Shown: one piece after another, positions 41,919 through 52,196 of the stretch | How positions within the stretch are numbered: position 1 is the stretch's first letter | Layout of the letters: the number at the start of each line of letters is the position of its first letter | DNA from: Candidatus Freyarchaeum deiterrae | GTDB lineage: Archaea > Asgardarchaeota > Jordiarchaeia > Jordiarchaeales > Jordiarchaeaceae | NCBI GenBank assembly: GCA_037305845.1 | Contig: CP147778.1 | Location: 2,016,001 to 2,080,000, forward strand | Direction: 5' to 3' | DNA: 64,000 nucleotides | Notes under the pieces: generated by a model | The model's database searches: none | Told to the model about the DNA's origin: nothing | Seen by the model: only the letters and a program-made list of their open reading frames with translations | Position numbers and translations under genes: made by a program

Positions 41919-42067
41919 ACCAAACTCAGGGCTTCCTTCTAGCCGATCATTCAACGGTATCAAAGTCTCTTACACTAACTCCGATGGTTCTACCCAAAAT
42001 ATTAATCAAATACCATAGTGCTATTAAAAAGAACTACTTTCTCTCAATCACTAAAGGGTGAATCATA

Positions 42068-42967
42068 TTGACCAATCAACAAAACTCAACCGACGAAGTC
42101 ATAGAAAAAGAAATCAATCCAATGATTGAAAGTTTTGCTCAAAAGAAGAAAGTTCAAGGAAAAATGACCAAAATAAAACACAAAATCATGATAATGTCCG
42201 GAAAAGGGGGAGTGGGAAAAAGCACCGTAACCGCCAACCTAGCAACAGCACTAGCAAAAAAAGGCTACAAGGTTGGGATATTGGACTCGGATATCCACGG
42301 CCCCTCAATACCCAAAATACTGGGAATACAAGGAAAACACCTCAAACCCACAGAAACCGGATTCTACCCCATCACCACAAAACAAGGCGTGAAAGTGATT
42401 TCCATGGATCTCCTCCTACTCGACAGCGAAACCCCCCTTATATGGCGCGGACCACTGAAAATGAAAGCCATAAGACAACTCCTATCAGACGCAGAATGGG
42501 GAGAACTAGACTACCTACTGATAGACCTCCCACCAGGCACAGGAGACGAGCCCCTAAACATAATGCAACTCATGCCCGAAATGGATGGAGCAATAATAAT
42601 CACCGCACCCTCCGACCTCTCCCAATACGTAGTCAGAAAAGCGGTATCCATGGCTCGAAAAATGAACATCCCCATAATAGGAATAATAGAAAACATGAGC
42701 GGCTTCGTATGCCCCAACTGTGGAGAAAAATACGATATCCTAGGCTCCGGAGGAGGAAAAAAAATAAGCGAAGAAATGAATCTAAACTTTCTAGGCCAAA
42801 TTCCCATAGACCCCAAAATTACCGAAAACACGGACCAAGGAACCCCCTTCATAATAAACGACCCAGAATCACAAGCTGCAAAAGTATTTAATGAGATCGT
42901 ACAAAAAATCCAGAAAACGGTCGAAGAAGATAAGAAACAAATCAAAAGCAAGAAGCATAAAAAATAG
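42068..42967 (+). CDS. Mrp/Nbp35 (ApbC) Fe-S cluster carrier ATPase
   Basis: SGKGGVGKST, DIHGPS, WRGP, DLPPGTGD, ENMSGFVCPNC. Confidence 0.95.
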   Translation: MTNQQNSTDEVIEKEINPMIESFAQKKKVQGKMTKIKHKIMIMSGKGGVGKSTVTANLATALAKKGYKVGILDSDIHGPSIPKILGIQGKHLKPTETGFYPITTKQGVKVISMDLLLLDSETPLIWRGPLKMKAIRQLLSDAEWGELDYLLIDLPPGTGDEPLNIMQLMPEMDGAIIITAPSDLSQYVVRKAVSMARKMNIPIIGIIENMSGFVCPNCGEKYDILGSGGGKKISEEMNLNFLGQIPIDPKITENTDQGTPFIINDPESQAAKVFNEIVQKIQKTVEEDKKQIKSKKHKK

Positions 42968-43127
42968 GAATCACCTTATCAACATTCTATACTCTTTTTA
43001 TATTTCTCTAAACAGCAATTAGCTGGAAAACATATCTCCCGTTTTAAGAAAAATTGCTATCAGAATCTCTCTATATTTTCTCATTTTTAAACACTCAAAA
43101 GTGTAATAATTAATTACGACCATCACA

Positions 43128-43171
43128 TTTATATAGGTCAATTTATCCTCTGTAGGATAAGTTATCCTACA
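43128..43171 (+). promoter_or_regulatory. TATA box plus perfect palindromic operator of the ABC importer operon
   Basis: TTTATATA at 43128-43135; TGTAGGATAA-G-TTATCCTACA at 43151-43171. Confidence 0.75.
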
Positions 43172-43209
43172 ATGGGATTTAAAAACCTTTTATAAATGGA
43201 AGTGAAAAT

Positions 43210-44289
43210 ATGGGAACTACCTTGAGAAGCAGGAGAGCTTTAGCAGCAGTACTAATAGTAATAGTAGCAGTTTCGGTAACCGGAGCATCCACTTATGCGC
43301 TTACGAACAACCAAAAAATTAGTCAGCAAAACTACCTACTTAGCTTGGTACTTCTCCAACTGGGGCAAGCCAGAATAGTATCACTTGCACCGAATATCGA
43401 TGAAATACTTGCCGGTTTAGGTCTAGAGAACAATATAGTTGGCGTTACAAGTAATGTTCCTTCTGGCGTCCCTATGGAAGACTATTATTATCCACCTAGC
43501 CTAATCCAACTAATCTCAGAAGGTAAAATAAATAATGGTTTAAACTGGTGGTCGCCCAGCGTAGAATCCGTGCTAGCTCTTAACCCGTCAATAGTTCTTC
43601 TGGATGGAGGTGCGCCAAATCAAGTACAACTGTATAGCAATCTTCTAAGTAGAGGCATATTTTCATATTTAGTGAACGAAGGGAATAATTTCGCTCAAAT
43701 AGAAGGGTCCATTTTACAGATTGGTGGCATATTCGGAAGAAATTCGGAAGCTCAAGCACTAGTAAACGCTATGAACACAAAAATAAGCACCGTTGAAAAT
43801 GATGTTTCAAACCAAACAGTGCTCAACGTGCTCTACGTCGTAGAAATTGATTTCGGAACACAAAACTCCGTATACACCGTCGGAAGTGACACGTTTCAAA
43901 ATGAAATTATTAGTTCAGCAGGCGGATTGAACGTTTTCCCAATTGGAACTGGCTTCCCTCAAAAGAGTTTTGCAGAAGTGGAGACTGCAAACCCAGACGT
44001 CATAGTTATTTCCGCAACTTATAATAACGTAAATACATTGATGACTGAAATAGCGGCCAATCCCCAACTTAGTGCGACAAACGCCTATCATAACAATGCT
44101 ATCTACTTTACTCAAAATCAGGCAGATAACATATTCAGCAGAGCGGGACCAAGAGTCGCCGAGGCAGTTCAAGTCCTAGCTCATCTATTGCACCCAGGAG
44201 CGTTTAACATGACAGCTCTACCAATGGGGTTTACACTAGATAACAGCAATTATCAGAACTACGCGAGTCCACTGTTACCTATAAGTTAG
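43210..44289 (+). CDS. ABC transporter substrate-binding protein (BtuF/Fe-siderophore class)
   Basis: RIVSLAPNIDEIL, VESVLALNPS, RAGPRVAEAV; N-terminal TM anchor. Confidence 0.9.
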   Translation: MGTTLRSRRALAAVLIVIVAVSVTGASTYALTNNQKISQQNYLLSLVLLQLGQARIVSLAPNIDEILAGLGLENNIVGVTSNVPSGVPMEDYYYPPSLIQLISEGKINNGLNWWSPSVESVLALNPSIVLLDGGAPNQVQLYSNLLSRGIFSYLVNEGNNFAQIEGSILQIGGIFGRNSEAQALVNAMNTKISTVENDVSNQTVLNVLYVVEIDFGTQNSVYTVGSDTFQNEIISSAGGLNVFPIGTGFPQKSFAEVETANPDVIVISATYNNVNTLMTEIAANPQLSATNAYHNNAIYFTQNQADNIFSRAGPRVAEAVQVLAHLLHPGAFNMTALPMGFTLDNSNYQNYASPLLPIS

Positions 44290-44330
44290 CAAATTTCATT
44301 TCAAAACAATTATTTTTTTGGTGGTAAATA

Positions 44331-45407
44331 ATGAAAGTAATTAGACGTAAAATTTTTTTGCTAAGCTTATCGGTAGTCATTGGGCTAGTGATATTGGGAA
44401 TACTGGTGCTCGTGTCCCTTACTTTTGGCTCAGTGCAGAGTAATTTTGGGGCTGTTCTTTCATCTCTTCAAAGGCTGTGGATTTTTGGAAGACCTATTCA
44501 AGATTATGGAATCTCTTTACCATCTTATGTTAACTGGAACTTGGATGTTATACTGTATTATTCAAGGATTCCCAGAACTCTTGCTGCCATTCTTATAGGT
44601 GCGGGGCTTTCTGTTTCTGGAAGCGTTATGCAGGCACTTGTAAGAAACCCTCTTGTGGATCCATATATTAGTGGTGTGTCATCTGGTGCGGCTTTTGGGG
44701 CAGTGCTATTTTTACTCGGTTCTTTTTTCATAGGAATTTATGAAACTCTTTCTCTTCCGTTGGTAGCTTTTATCGGGGGACTTGTGGCGTTCGGGATAAC
44801 ATTTCTCATATATAGGAGTGCGGGTGAAACTTCTACAAGTTTTGTTTTGGGAGGAGTAATTGTTGGTGTGACTTTTTCTTCATTAACAACAATCGTCCTT
44901 GTTATTTCTCCTTCTGGAAAGCCGCTCCAAGGCGTTATCTTCTGGTTATTTGGAAGTATAGGATATGTCACTTGGGACGCCATATGGATTCTTATACCGG
45001 TGATAGTAGTATTTTCATTGGTGTTTCTATTTTATGCTAGAGAATTTAATGTTCTCATGTTAGGTGATGAGCAAGCGGCTCAATTAGGTATCAAAATTAA
45101 GTGGTTTAAGAGGATTATGTTGGTCGCTGCTGCGCTTCTTGCTAGCTTTTGTGTTGCTTTCACTGGGATAATAGGATTTGTGGGGCTTGTTGTACCTCAT
45201 TTGATTAGATTAGCTCTCGGCAATGATTACCGGCTTATACTACCTCTATCCGTACTTTTTGGTGCTAATCTTTTGCTTGCTGCGGATATTGTGGCTAGAG
45301 TTGCTATTCCAGGTACAGAACTTCCCTTAGGGATAATCACCTCGTTTGTTGGTGTGCCCTTTTTCGTTTATCTACTTATTAGAAGAGGTAAAAGATATGC
45401 GACGTAA
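44331..45407 (+). CDS. ABC transporter permease, FecCD/BtuC family
   Basis: RIPR, RNPLVDP, LGDEQAAQLG, GIIGFVGLVVPH. Confidence 0.95.
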   Translation: MKVIRRKIFLLSLSVVIGLVILGILVLVSLTFGSVQSNFGAVLSSLQRLWIFGRPIQDYGISLPSYVNWNLDVILYYSRIPRTLAAILIGAGLSVSGSVMQALVRNPLVDPYISGVSSGAAFGAVLFLLGSFFIGIYETLSLPLVAFIGGLVAFGITFLIYRSAGETSTSFVLGGVIVGVTFSSLTTIVLVISPSGKPLQGVIFWLFGSIGYVTWDAIWILIPVIVVFSLVFLFYAREFNVLMLGDEQAAQLGIKIKWFKRIMLVAAALLASFCVAFTGIIGFVGLVVPHLIRLALGNDYRLILPLSVLFGANLLLAADIVARVAIPGTELPLGIITSFVGVPFFVYLLIRRGKRYAT

Positions 45408-46278
45408 TCCTAAGGTAATTATTAGTGTTAGAAATTTGGTTTATAGATATGATTCGGTGACTGCTCTTGAAGGTTTAACATTTGAGATTGACAGGGGAGA
45501 ATTTGTTGCACTTGTGGGCCCTAATGGTTCAGGGAAAACCACGCTTCTTAACTGTTTAAGCAAATTGTATACCCCTCAAGAAGGCGATATACAAGTAGAC
45601 GGGCATAATTTGAGAAAGATGTCACCCTTAGATGGCGCTAGAATTTATGCGGTAGTACCTTCAGAATTTCCTGTAGATATAAATGCATCAGTGGTGGATA
45701 CTGTGCTCTTAGGAAGGTATCCCTTTGTTCAAAGTTTATGGTGGGAAAATGAGCAAGACGAGGCAATTGCATTAGGCGCCATGGATAAATTAAATATCCT
45801 AAACTTTGCGAATAGAAAATTTGGAGAATTAAGCAGTGGAGAAAAACAAAGAGTTCTGATCGCTAAGGCCATAGCTCAGGAAGCAAAAATACTTCTGGTA
45901 GACGAACCCGTGGCTCATCTCGACTTAGGATACCAAATGGAAATCATGGAAATGTTAAGGAGCTTGGCTCATAATGGTGTAACGATTCTGGCAGCGATGC
46001 ATGAACTTAATCTTGCAGTCAAGTATTGCGATAAGCTAATAGTACTCAATAAAGGCAAATTTGTAGCCTGCGGTAAACCCGCAGAAATAGTCACACAAAA
46101 GCTTATCGAGGATGTCTATGGGGTAAAGGCAATCATCCAGAATATGCCAGAGGTAGGACTAGTCATAATTCCTCTATCAACTTCAAATAAGGAGGGAATA
46201 ACTGATAAGAAAAACAGTAAGAAAAGAACCATTGAATCAAATAATATCCCCACACAGTGGGGAAGTGCAGAAGTATGA
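45397..46278 (+). CDS. ABC transporter ATP-binding protein, FecE/BtuD family
   Basis: GPNGSGKT, LSSGEKQR, VDEP; ATG at 45397 overlaps the permease end. Confidence 0.94.
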   Translation: MRRNPKVIISVRNLVYRYDSVTALEGLTFEIDRGEFVALVGPNGSGKTTLLNCLSKLYTPQEGDIQVDGHNLRKMSPLDGARIYAVVPSEFPVDINASVVDTVLLGRYPFVQSLWWENEQDEAIALGAMDKLNILNFANRKFGELSSGEKQRVLIAKAIAQEAKILLVDEPVAHLDLGYQMEIMEMLRSLAHNGVTILAAMHELNLAVKYCDKLIVLNKGKFVACGKPAEIVTQKLIEDVYGVKAIIQNMPEVGLVIIPLSTSNKEGITDKKNSKKRTIESNNIPTQWGSAEV

Positions 46279-46807
46279 TACTACTCCTATAAACTTTAGA
46301 TGTAATCTTACTCCCATCGGAGCAGACAAGCTCTCACACGGCACGTAATTCTCCATTAATTAATAAATCTCAGGATTTGAGTCTAAAACAATAATGAGAA
46401 TTAATGACTAAGAAACTGTTTCCACAGGAATTACCGCGATTAGAGAAGAAATGATTACTGGAACAACCCTAAAATAATACTTCAAGGTAAACCTCAAAGA
46501 ATCTGCATTAAACCTAAATCATGAAAAAGGAACTAGAAATAGCAGAAAAACCGCAGAAAGACAAGATATCCAATAAAACTATTCCACAAATTCGAAAAAT
46601 ATTGAATCCAGCCACTAGAAACCCAAACATACCACTCTTTTTATTCTCCAAATCTTGTAACTTAACAAAACATCGAAAAATAATACGCAAATTATCAAAT
46701 TATCCCGCTTCACGTGAAAAACATTAGAACAAATATAATACTTGGCTCAGAAAAAGCTTAATTAATCGATTCTACATTGTTCTTTCCCCACAAGAGGTGT
46801 GAAAACG

Positions 46808-48019
46808 ATGACATTTCTTATTGGAGAAGCGTTAGTCGGCAAAGGACAGGAAGTAGCACACATCGACTTGCTAATAGGAGAAAAAGAAGGCCCCGTAGGC
46901 GCAGCTTTCGCCCAAGGAATGACAACTCTATCCGCAGGTCACACCCCCCTACTGGGAGTTATAAGACCCAACCTTCCGCCCAAACCACACGTGCTAGTTG
47001 TGCCAAAGGTTACTGTTAAGAATTTGGAACAAGCAAACAAAATCTTCGGACCAGCCCAAGCCGCAGTTTCGAAAGCAATAGCAGACGCGGTCGAAGAAGG
47101 AGCAATCCCGGAAGACAAGCTAGACAGTTGGGTAATAATCGCCAGCGTATTCATCCACCCCGAAGCTAAAGATTTTCGAAAAATCTATCACTACAACTAC
47201 TCAGCCACAAAATTAGCTATAAGCAGAGCAATGTCCAACTATCCACCCCTAGATAAGATACTTTACGATAAAGATAGAGCCAAGCACCCCATAATGGGCT
47301 TCCAAGTACCGAGGCTCTGGCGTCCACCATACCTACAAGTTGCATTAGATAATCCTTCCATGGAACAGGCTGTAAAAGTAATTAAGGAACTTCCCAAGAG
47401 TGACCGAATAATCATCGAGGCGGGAACCCCCCTGATAAAGAGGTACGGTGTAAGCGCGGTGAGTAAACTAAGAGAAGTTGCACCGGACACTTTTATAATA
47501 GCCGACCTCAAAACCCTAGACACCGCACAAGTTGAGGTTGACATAGCTTACGAAGAAACAGCGGACGCTGTGGTTGTATCTGGACTTGCCTCAAATGAAT
47601 CCATAGACCGCTTCATTTACGAAACGCGTCGCCTAGGCATCTACTCCATAATTGATTTCATGGAAGTACCTGACCCCGTAGGGAAAATCGGTGAACTGAA
47701 AAAATTGCCAGATGTCATTATACTCCACAGAGCCATAGATACGGAGGAATCAGGCGCGAAACCCCGATGGCATCTCATCAAAGAGATTAAAAGCAAGGTG
47801 GGTAAAGATAGCAAAATGCTTTTCGCTGTCGCCGGAGGCATAACGCCCGAAACCGCTGGCGAGGCTATAGAGGCTGGAGCGGATATCCTAATTATCGGAA
47901 GGTACATCACACAGTCAAAAGACATCGAGCGATCTACGAGAGAGTTTATAGAGGTACTAGCGAAAGAGTTACCAAAGGAACCCGGAGACGTGGACCTCTT
48001 TAGGTACCATGTTGAATGA
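46808..48019 (+). CDS. fae-hps: Bifunctional formaldehyde-activating enzyme / 3-hexulose-6-phosphate synthase
   Basis: [23 protein letters not shown]; then [21 protein letters not shown]. Confidence 0.95.
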   Translation: MTFLIGEALVGKGQEVAHIDLLIGEKEGPVGAAFAQGMTTLSAGHTPLLGVIRPNLPPKPHVLVVPKVTVKNLEQANKIFGPAQAAVSKAIADAVEEGAIPEDKLDSWVIIASVFIHPEAKDFRKIYHYNYSATKLAISRAMSNYPPLDKILYDKDRAKHPIMGFQVPRLWRPPYLQVALDNPSMEQAVKVIKELPKSDRIIIEAGTPLIKRYGVSAVSKLREVAPDTFIIADLKTLDTAQVEVDIAYEETADAVVVSGLASNESIDRFIYETRRLGIYSIIDFMEVPDPVGKIGELKKLPDVIILHRAIDTEESGAKPRWHLIKEIKSKVGKDSKMLFAVAGGITPETAGEAIEAGADILIIGRYITQSKDIERSTREFIEVLAKELPKEPGDVDLFRYHVE

Positions 48020-48200
48020 ATATTTTTTTTATTAAACAAATTTTCAAACTTTTTTTATCTATTCCGCTTAGTTAAAGATCGGTGGGCTTTAACGAAATAT
48101 CCTAAACCAATTACATAGCTCTAATAGGATTCTTCTTTCGACGGAAACGAGTGAGAGAAAAAAAATAGGAGTTTTGAGCATTTTTTAGTTTTTGCTCTTT

Positions 48201-50039
48201 TTAGAGTCCGAGTTCTGCGAGTTTCTTCTTTGTTGGGATTCCCTTTTCGTCCCAGCCTCTCGCCGTGTAGTACTCGTTAAGCATTGGTTCGAGTTCGACT
48301 ACTTGGCCTACTGTGGGACCCTTGGTGTTTTTTTCCTCTGTGAATCTTTTGGGGAGGGTGTCGTCCTTTTCTGATATGCCTTCTCTCACATTGAATAGTC
48401 TTATTAAGTTGAAAGCGCGTTCGCCTATTTTTACTAGTTCTCCTACGGTGAAGTCATATCCTGTTAGTGCGGTAAGCATTTTTGCTAATTCGTCCGGAAG
48501 ATAGGCATATAAATCATAAATGAAGCTACATGAGACCAGCGAATCGACCATGGTTTTGAAGTCCTGTAATCCTTTTATCACTGGTCCCTTGCCCTCAACT
48601 TCGTATGGTCCGGCAACCTTGTTGAAACCTAGTTCTGGTCTTGCCTGAGCCATCAACTCGACCAGCTGTGATGATGGTCTCAAGTGACATGCGCCTCGGT
48701 TTGATGTGGCATAGCCTAAACCTAGACCTTTGTAACCCTTTGGTTCGTGCATCGGTGTTTCAAGACCCTTAACATGCATCGCGAATTCTTCCGATCCCTT
48801 ACCAAGCTTCTTTGAAGCGCTTCTCACACCTTCTGAGATTGTTTTTCCTATTCCCTCTTTCATGCCCATCTTTTCTACAAGTTTCACTATCGCTTCGGGG
48901 TTTCCCCATTTTAATTCCAATCCCTCAGTTTCCTTTTTAGTTAGTATTCCTTTCTCGTAACACTCCATTGCAAACGCTACAATGTTTCCAGCCGATATGG
49001 TATCTATTCCGAGTTGATCGCAGATTATACCCGCCTTGACTATTGTTCCCAAATCGCTATTCATGCACAGCGAGCCGAAGGCGGCAACAGTTTCGTACTC
49101 CGGTCCAGCGCCAGAAGTGCCTGCAAAGGGGCCAGACTTCACTTCCACATGTCCTCTGCCACAAGCCACCGAGCATCCGTAACAAGCAAATTTTCTAGTT
49201 GTTATCTCCATTAAGGCATTTCCATCAATCTTGTCCGCGCCTTCGAAGACTCCCTCTCTGTAGTATTGTGTTGGAAGAGTACCCATCATGTTGAGGCTAG
49301 AAAGTGAGCCATTTGTGCCCTGTTTGGAGACTCCATCAACCAAAAAGTTTGTTTTTAATGCTTCACGGAATTTTTTCGAGTTTTCATTAAATGTTTCTGG
49401 GTCTTCTACTAGGATTGATTGTGTTCCACGCACTGCGATGGCTTTCAATTTTTTGGAACCCATTACCGCTCCTAGTCCACATCTGCCAGCCGCTCTATCC
49501 TTATCGTTCATGATACACGCTATCTTAACCAGTTTCTCTCCTGCGGGTCCTATTGAGGAAACTATTATTTTTTTATCTCCGAGGCTTTCTCTTATCATAT
49601 CCTCTGTTTGATAAACATCCTTACCCCAGATTTTGCTGGCGTCTTTTAGCTCCACTTCGCCGTCTTTAATCCAGAGATACACTGGCTTTTCCGATTTACC
49701 CTCAACAACTATAGCGTCAAATCCCGCGAATTTGAGTTCAGCACCCCAAAAACCTCCTGAGGTAGCCTCGCCCCAGATCCCGGTTAGTGGTGATTTAGCG
49801 GCGATAAGGTGCCTTCCCGAGGATGGAGCTCTAGTGCCTGTTAAAGGTCCTGTGGCGAAAACCAATTTATTCTCCGGACCCAGGGGATCAATTCTTGGTT
49901 TAAGCTCATCATAAAGTATTTTCGCTGCCAGCCCTGATCCCCCTAAATATCTCTTTTGAGTTTCCTCTTTTAGTTTCTCGGTAGTTATCTTCGCCTTTGT
50001 GAGGTCTAATCTCAGAATTTTTTCGAGATATCCGCCCAT
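48201..50039 (-). CDS. aor: Tungsten-dependent aldehyde:ferredoxin oxidoreductase
   Basis: KSPLTG, AAGRCGLGAVMGSKKLKA, CYGCSVAC, EYET, RGACH, RGWD. Confidence 0.95.
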   Translation of the reverse strand: MGGYLEKILRLDLTKAKITTEKLKEETQKRYLGGSGLAAKILYDELKPRIDPLGPENKLVFATGPLTGTRAPSSGRHLIAAKSPLTGIWGEATSGGFWGAELKFAGFDAIVVEGKSEKPVYLWIKDGEVELKDASKIWGKDVYQTEDMIRESLGDKKIIVSSIGPAGEKLVKIACIMNDKDRAAGRCGLGAVMGSKKLKAIAVRGTQSILVEDPETFNENSKKFREALKTNFLVDGVSKQGTNGSLSSLNMMGTLPTQYYREGVFEGADKIDGNALMEITTRKFACYGCSVACGRGHVEVKSGPFAGTSGAGPEYETVAAFGSLCMNSDLGTIVKAGIICDQLGIDTISAGNIVAFAMECYEKGILTKKETEGLELKWGNPEAIVKLVEKMGMKEGIGKTISEGVRSASKKLGKGSEEFAMHVKGLETPMHEPKGYKGLGLGYATSNRGACHLRPSSQLVELMAQARPELGFNKVAGPYEVEGKGPVIKGLQDFKTMVDSLVSCSFIYDLYAYLPDELAKMLTALTGYDFTVGELVKIGERAFNLIRLFNVREGISEKDDTLPKRFTEEKNTKGPTVGQVVELEPMLNEYYTARGWDEKGIPTKKKLAELGL

Positions 50040-50264
50040 AACAATCTTCTCCTAAGATTAACTTCTCTTAGTTTTCATCACGTTTAGATGTTGGTCTCTC
50101 TTTAACCCTACTTACTGCTTCTATGAAAACTTCTAATCAAGTTGAATTGACGATTTCTTATCCCACATATAATTTTGTTGAATTCAAAATAGATACACTA
50201 AGTTCCTTATTATTAGCGAATTTTAATAGAAAAATTATGGATGTCGCTTGTTTTGTGGCGGGTT

Positions 50265-50450
50265 TTAAATTTTCCATCCTCGCATTTGTTGACCTCTGGG
50301 GGATTGGAACTCATGTTTACATTTGGGGCATTTTATATAGCCGCAGTCTCCTAGAGCCGCGCTGGGGCATGGACCGCAGGCGAATGTTCTTGAGTATGAG
50401 AGGTTGAAGGTGAACCCGCATTTGGGACAGGTTACGTTTCCTGAACTCAT
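50265..50450 (-). CDS. Small Cys-rich metal-binding protein
   Basis: CPKC...CGPC...C...CPKC; GGAGG upstream. Confidence 0.8.
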   Translation of the reverse strand: MSSGNVTCPKCGFTFNLSYSRTFACGPCPSAALGDCGYIKCPKCKHEFQSPRGQQMRGWKI

Positions 50451-50537
50451 TTAAGCGCCTCCATTGAAACTACTTTTTTGTCGTATAATAAGGGTTTCGA
50501 AAAGGAAAGAAGCCAATAAAGAGTTATAACCCTGGTC

Positions 50538-51572
50538 TTACAAAAACTCTCTAATTTCAACTAGGCGCATTAATCTCTTGAGTCTTTCCTCAAGGGGTGG
50601 ATGCTTCTTAAGCAAGAATTTGTAACTCTTGAAAAGGCACAGAACCTTCTGCTTCACCAGTGAGCCGCCAGAGTCTTCAGCGTTCTCAGCTATTTTGATT
50701 AGGGCTGATGCGAGGGCTTCGGGCTTCTTGGTGAAGCGGGCGCAGATCCTATCCGCCAGAAATTCACGTTCACAGTAAATCGCAGACTCTAAAAAGTATC
50801 CCAGAGGATTGTAAAACGTAACTGCTCGAAGGAAAGAGGATACTCTTCTGACAGAGCTATCCCTATTCATTATGTGAGCTAGTTCGTGCCCCAGGCAGGC
50901 TTCCAACTCTTCTGCATCCAGTAATTCAATCAAACCGGTTGAAACAACTATTAAGGGTTTTTTCTTTCTCTCATCTACTGTGAATACTATAGGTCTTTCA
51001 AGATTCAAAACTAGGATTTCTGGGGCAACCACATTCATCAGTTGAACAAGATTTGCAGCAATGTCTCTTATCTGGTCATGCTCTTCACTTTTTTCGCATG
51101 ATGTAAGGAATTTGGATGTGAGGGCTTCGTTGCGATTGCCAACAAGCCTTAATCTTTTGAATGTGAAAATAAATGCAAAACACACAATGATTAACTGTAG
51201 GGCACAGTACGTCAGAAACTCTGTAGCAGAACTGATTTGAAACCCTGGGTCAACAGGGCTATCTGAAATGAGCAAGAAAACTTGAGTAACTAAAAACCTT
51301 AATGGAATAATAATAGTTGGCAGCAAAAGAGTAAATAACCAAATCTTGGTCTTTACAGCGTACGCATCTTCCTTTACTACTTTGCAAACAACAAGAGATA
51401 ATACGGGCATCAAGAGAACTAAAGCCAACAAAAATGATTGCAACTCCTCCAAAGAGGCAGTAAAATGGTTTATAGTAAACAGGATTGTAGCATTAGCTGG
51501 AGAAGTCAAGGAATCGGTTATAAATCTGATAATCGCATCTATAATCCTAAAAATATCAAAAAATATATTCAT
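50538..51572 (-). CDS. M56/M48-type membrane metallopeptidase (BlaR1-like, no PBP sensor domain)
   Basis: HELAH, EREFLAD, ALASALIK, HPPLEERL; N-terminal TMs; 2-nt gap after blaI-like gene. Confidence 0.88.
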   Translation of the reverse strand: MNIFFDIFRIIDAIIRFITDSLTSPANATILFTINHFTASLEELQSFLLALVLLMPVLSLVVCKVVKEDAYAVKTKIWLFTLLLPTIIIPLRFLVTQVFLLISDSPVDPGFQISSATEFLTYCALQLIIVCFAFIFTFKRLRLVGNRNEALTSKFLTSCEKSEEHDQIRDIAANLVQLMNVVAPEILVLNLERPIVFTVDERKKKPLIVVSTGLIELLDAEELEACLGHELAHIMNRDSSVRRVSSFLRAVTFYNPLGYFLESAIYCEREFLADRICARFTKKPEALASALIKIAENAEDSGGSLVKQKVLCLFKSYKFLLKKHPPLEERLKRLMRLVEIREFL

Positions 51573-51574
51573 AA

Positions 51575-52015
51575 CTAGGACCCGCTATGACTCTTTATCT
51601 TTTTCAACTGTTTTTTAATTTCCTCTATCACTTCCGGATTATTTATATTTAAGTTTTCGAGCAAAAACATTATAGTAGGCTCCTCAAAGGATTCAAAAAG
51701 TCCACTCAAAACATGCCTCGCAACCAACTCATCAAATTCCTTCCTGGTCAAGGCAGGAGAATAAACGTAGAATACTCCTTTCTCCCTAATCAGTTCACGC
51801 TTCAAGAATTCTTTCTTATACAAACGGTCCAGAATCGTAGCCACAGTGTTAAACGCCACAGGCCGCCTACATTTTATATCTTCATGAATGTCTCGAACAG
51901 AAGCTTTTTTAAGCCTCCAAACGGTCTCCATAACTTCCGATTCCAGATCACCTAAAACCTTCGACAGATCCTTTTCATGGGGCTTAAATTCACAAACATT
52001 AGGCTTACCGGCCAT
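51575..52015 (-). CDS. BlaI/MecI/CopY family transcriptional repressor
   Basis: LGDLESEVMETVW, AFNTVATILDRLYKKEFLKR, YSP...EF. Confidence 0.93.
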   Translation of the reverse strand: MAGKPNVCEFKPHEKDLSKVLGDLESEVMETVWRLKKASVRDIHEDIKCRRPVAFNTVATILDRLYKKEFLKRELIREKGVFYVYSPALTRKEFDELVARHVLSGLFESFEEPTIMFLLENLNINNPEVIEEIKKQLKKIKSHSGS

Positions 52016-52133
52016 AGCTATCCTTCCCTTAGAATTATATTATAAAGCGGGCTTATAAACTTCGGATTAATTTTACACAAATCTTTTTTATATTTACCGT
52101 AATACTTATATAACAGGTCGATATAAAACCTTT

Positions 52134-52167
52134 ACTACAAGAAGTAGTTCGTATTACTGGGAGTACT
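52134..52167. promoter_or_regulatory. Two tandem putative BlaI-type operators (copy 1)
   Basis: ACTAC-aagaa-GTAGT at 52134-52148; degenerate ATTAC-tggga-GTACT at 52153-52167. Confidence 0.7.
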
Positions 52168-52196
52168 TTAACTAACAAAATGAAAAGGGAAAAAGA

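Noticed and set aside
42442-42951. Two long alternative-frame ORFs inside the Mrp gene
   Set aside because: Explained by the A/C-biased third codon positions, which remove stops
46521-46727. 68-aa plus-strand ORF
   Set aside because: No SD or motif; K/N/I-rich composition expected from A-rich non-coding DNA
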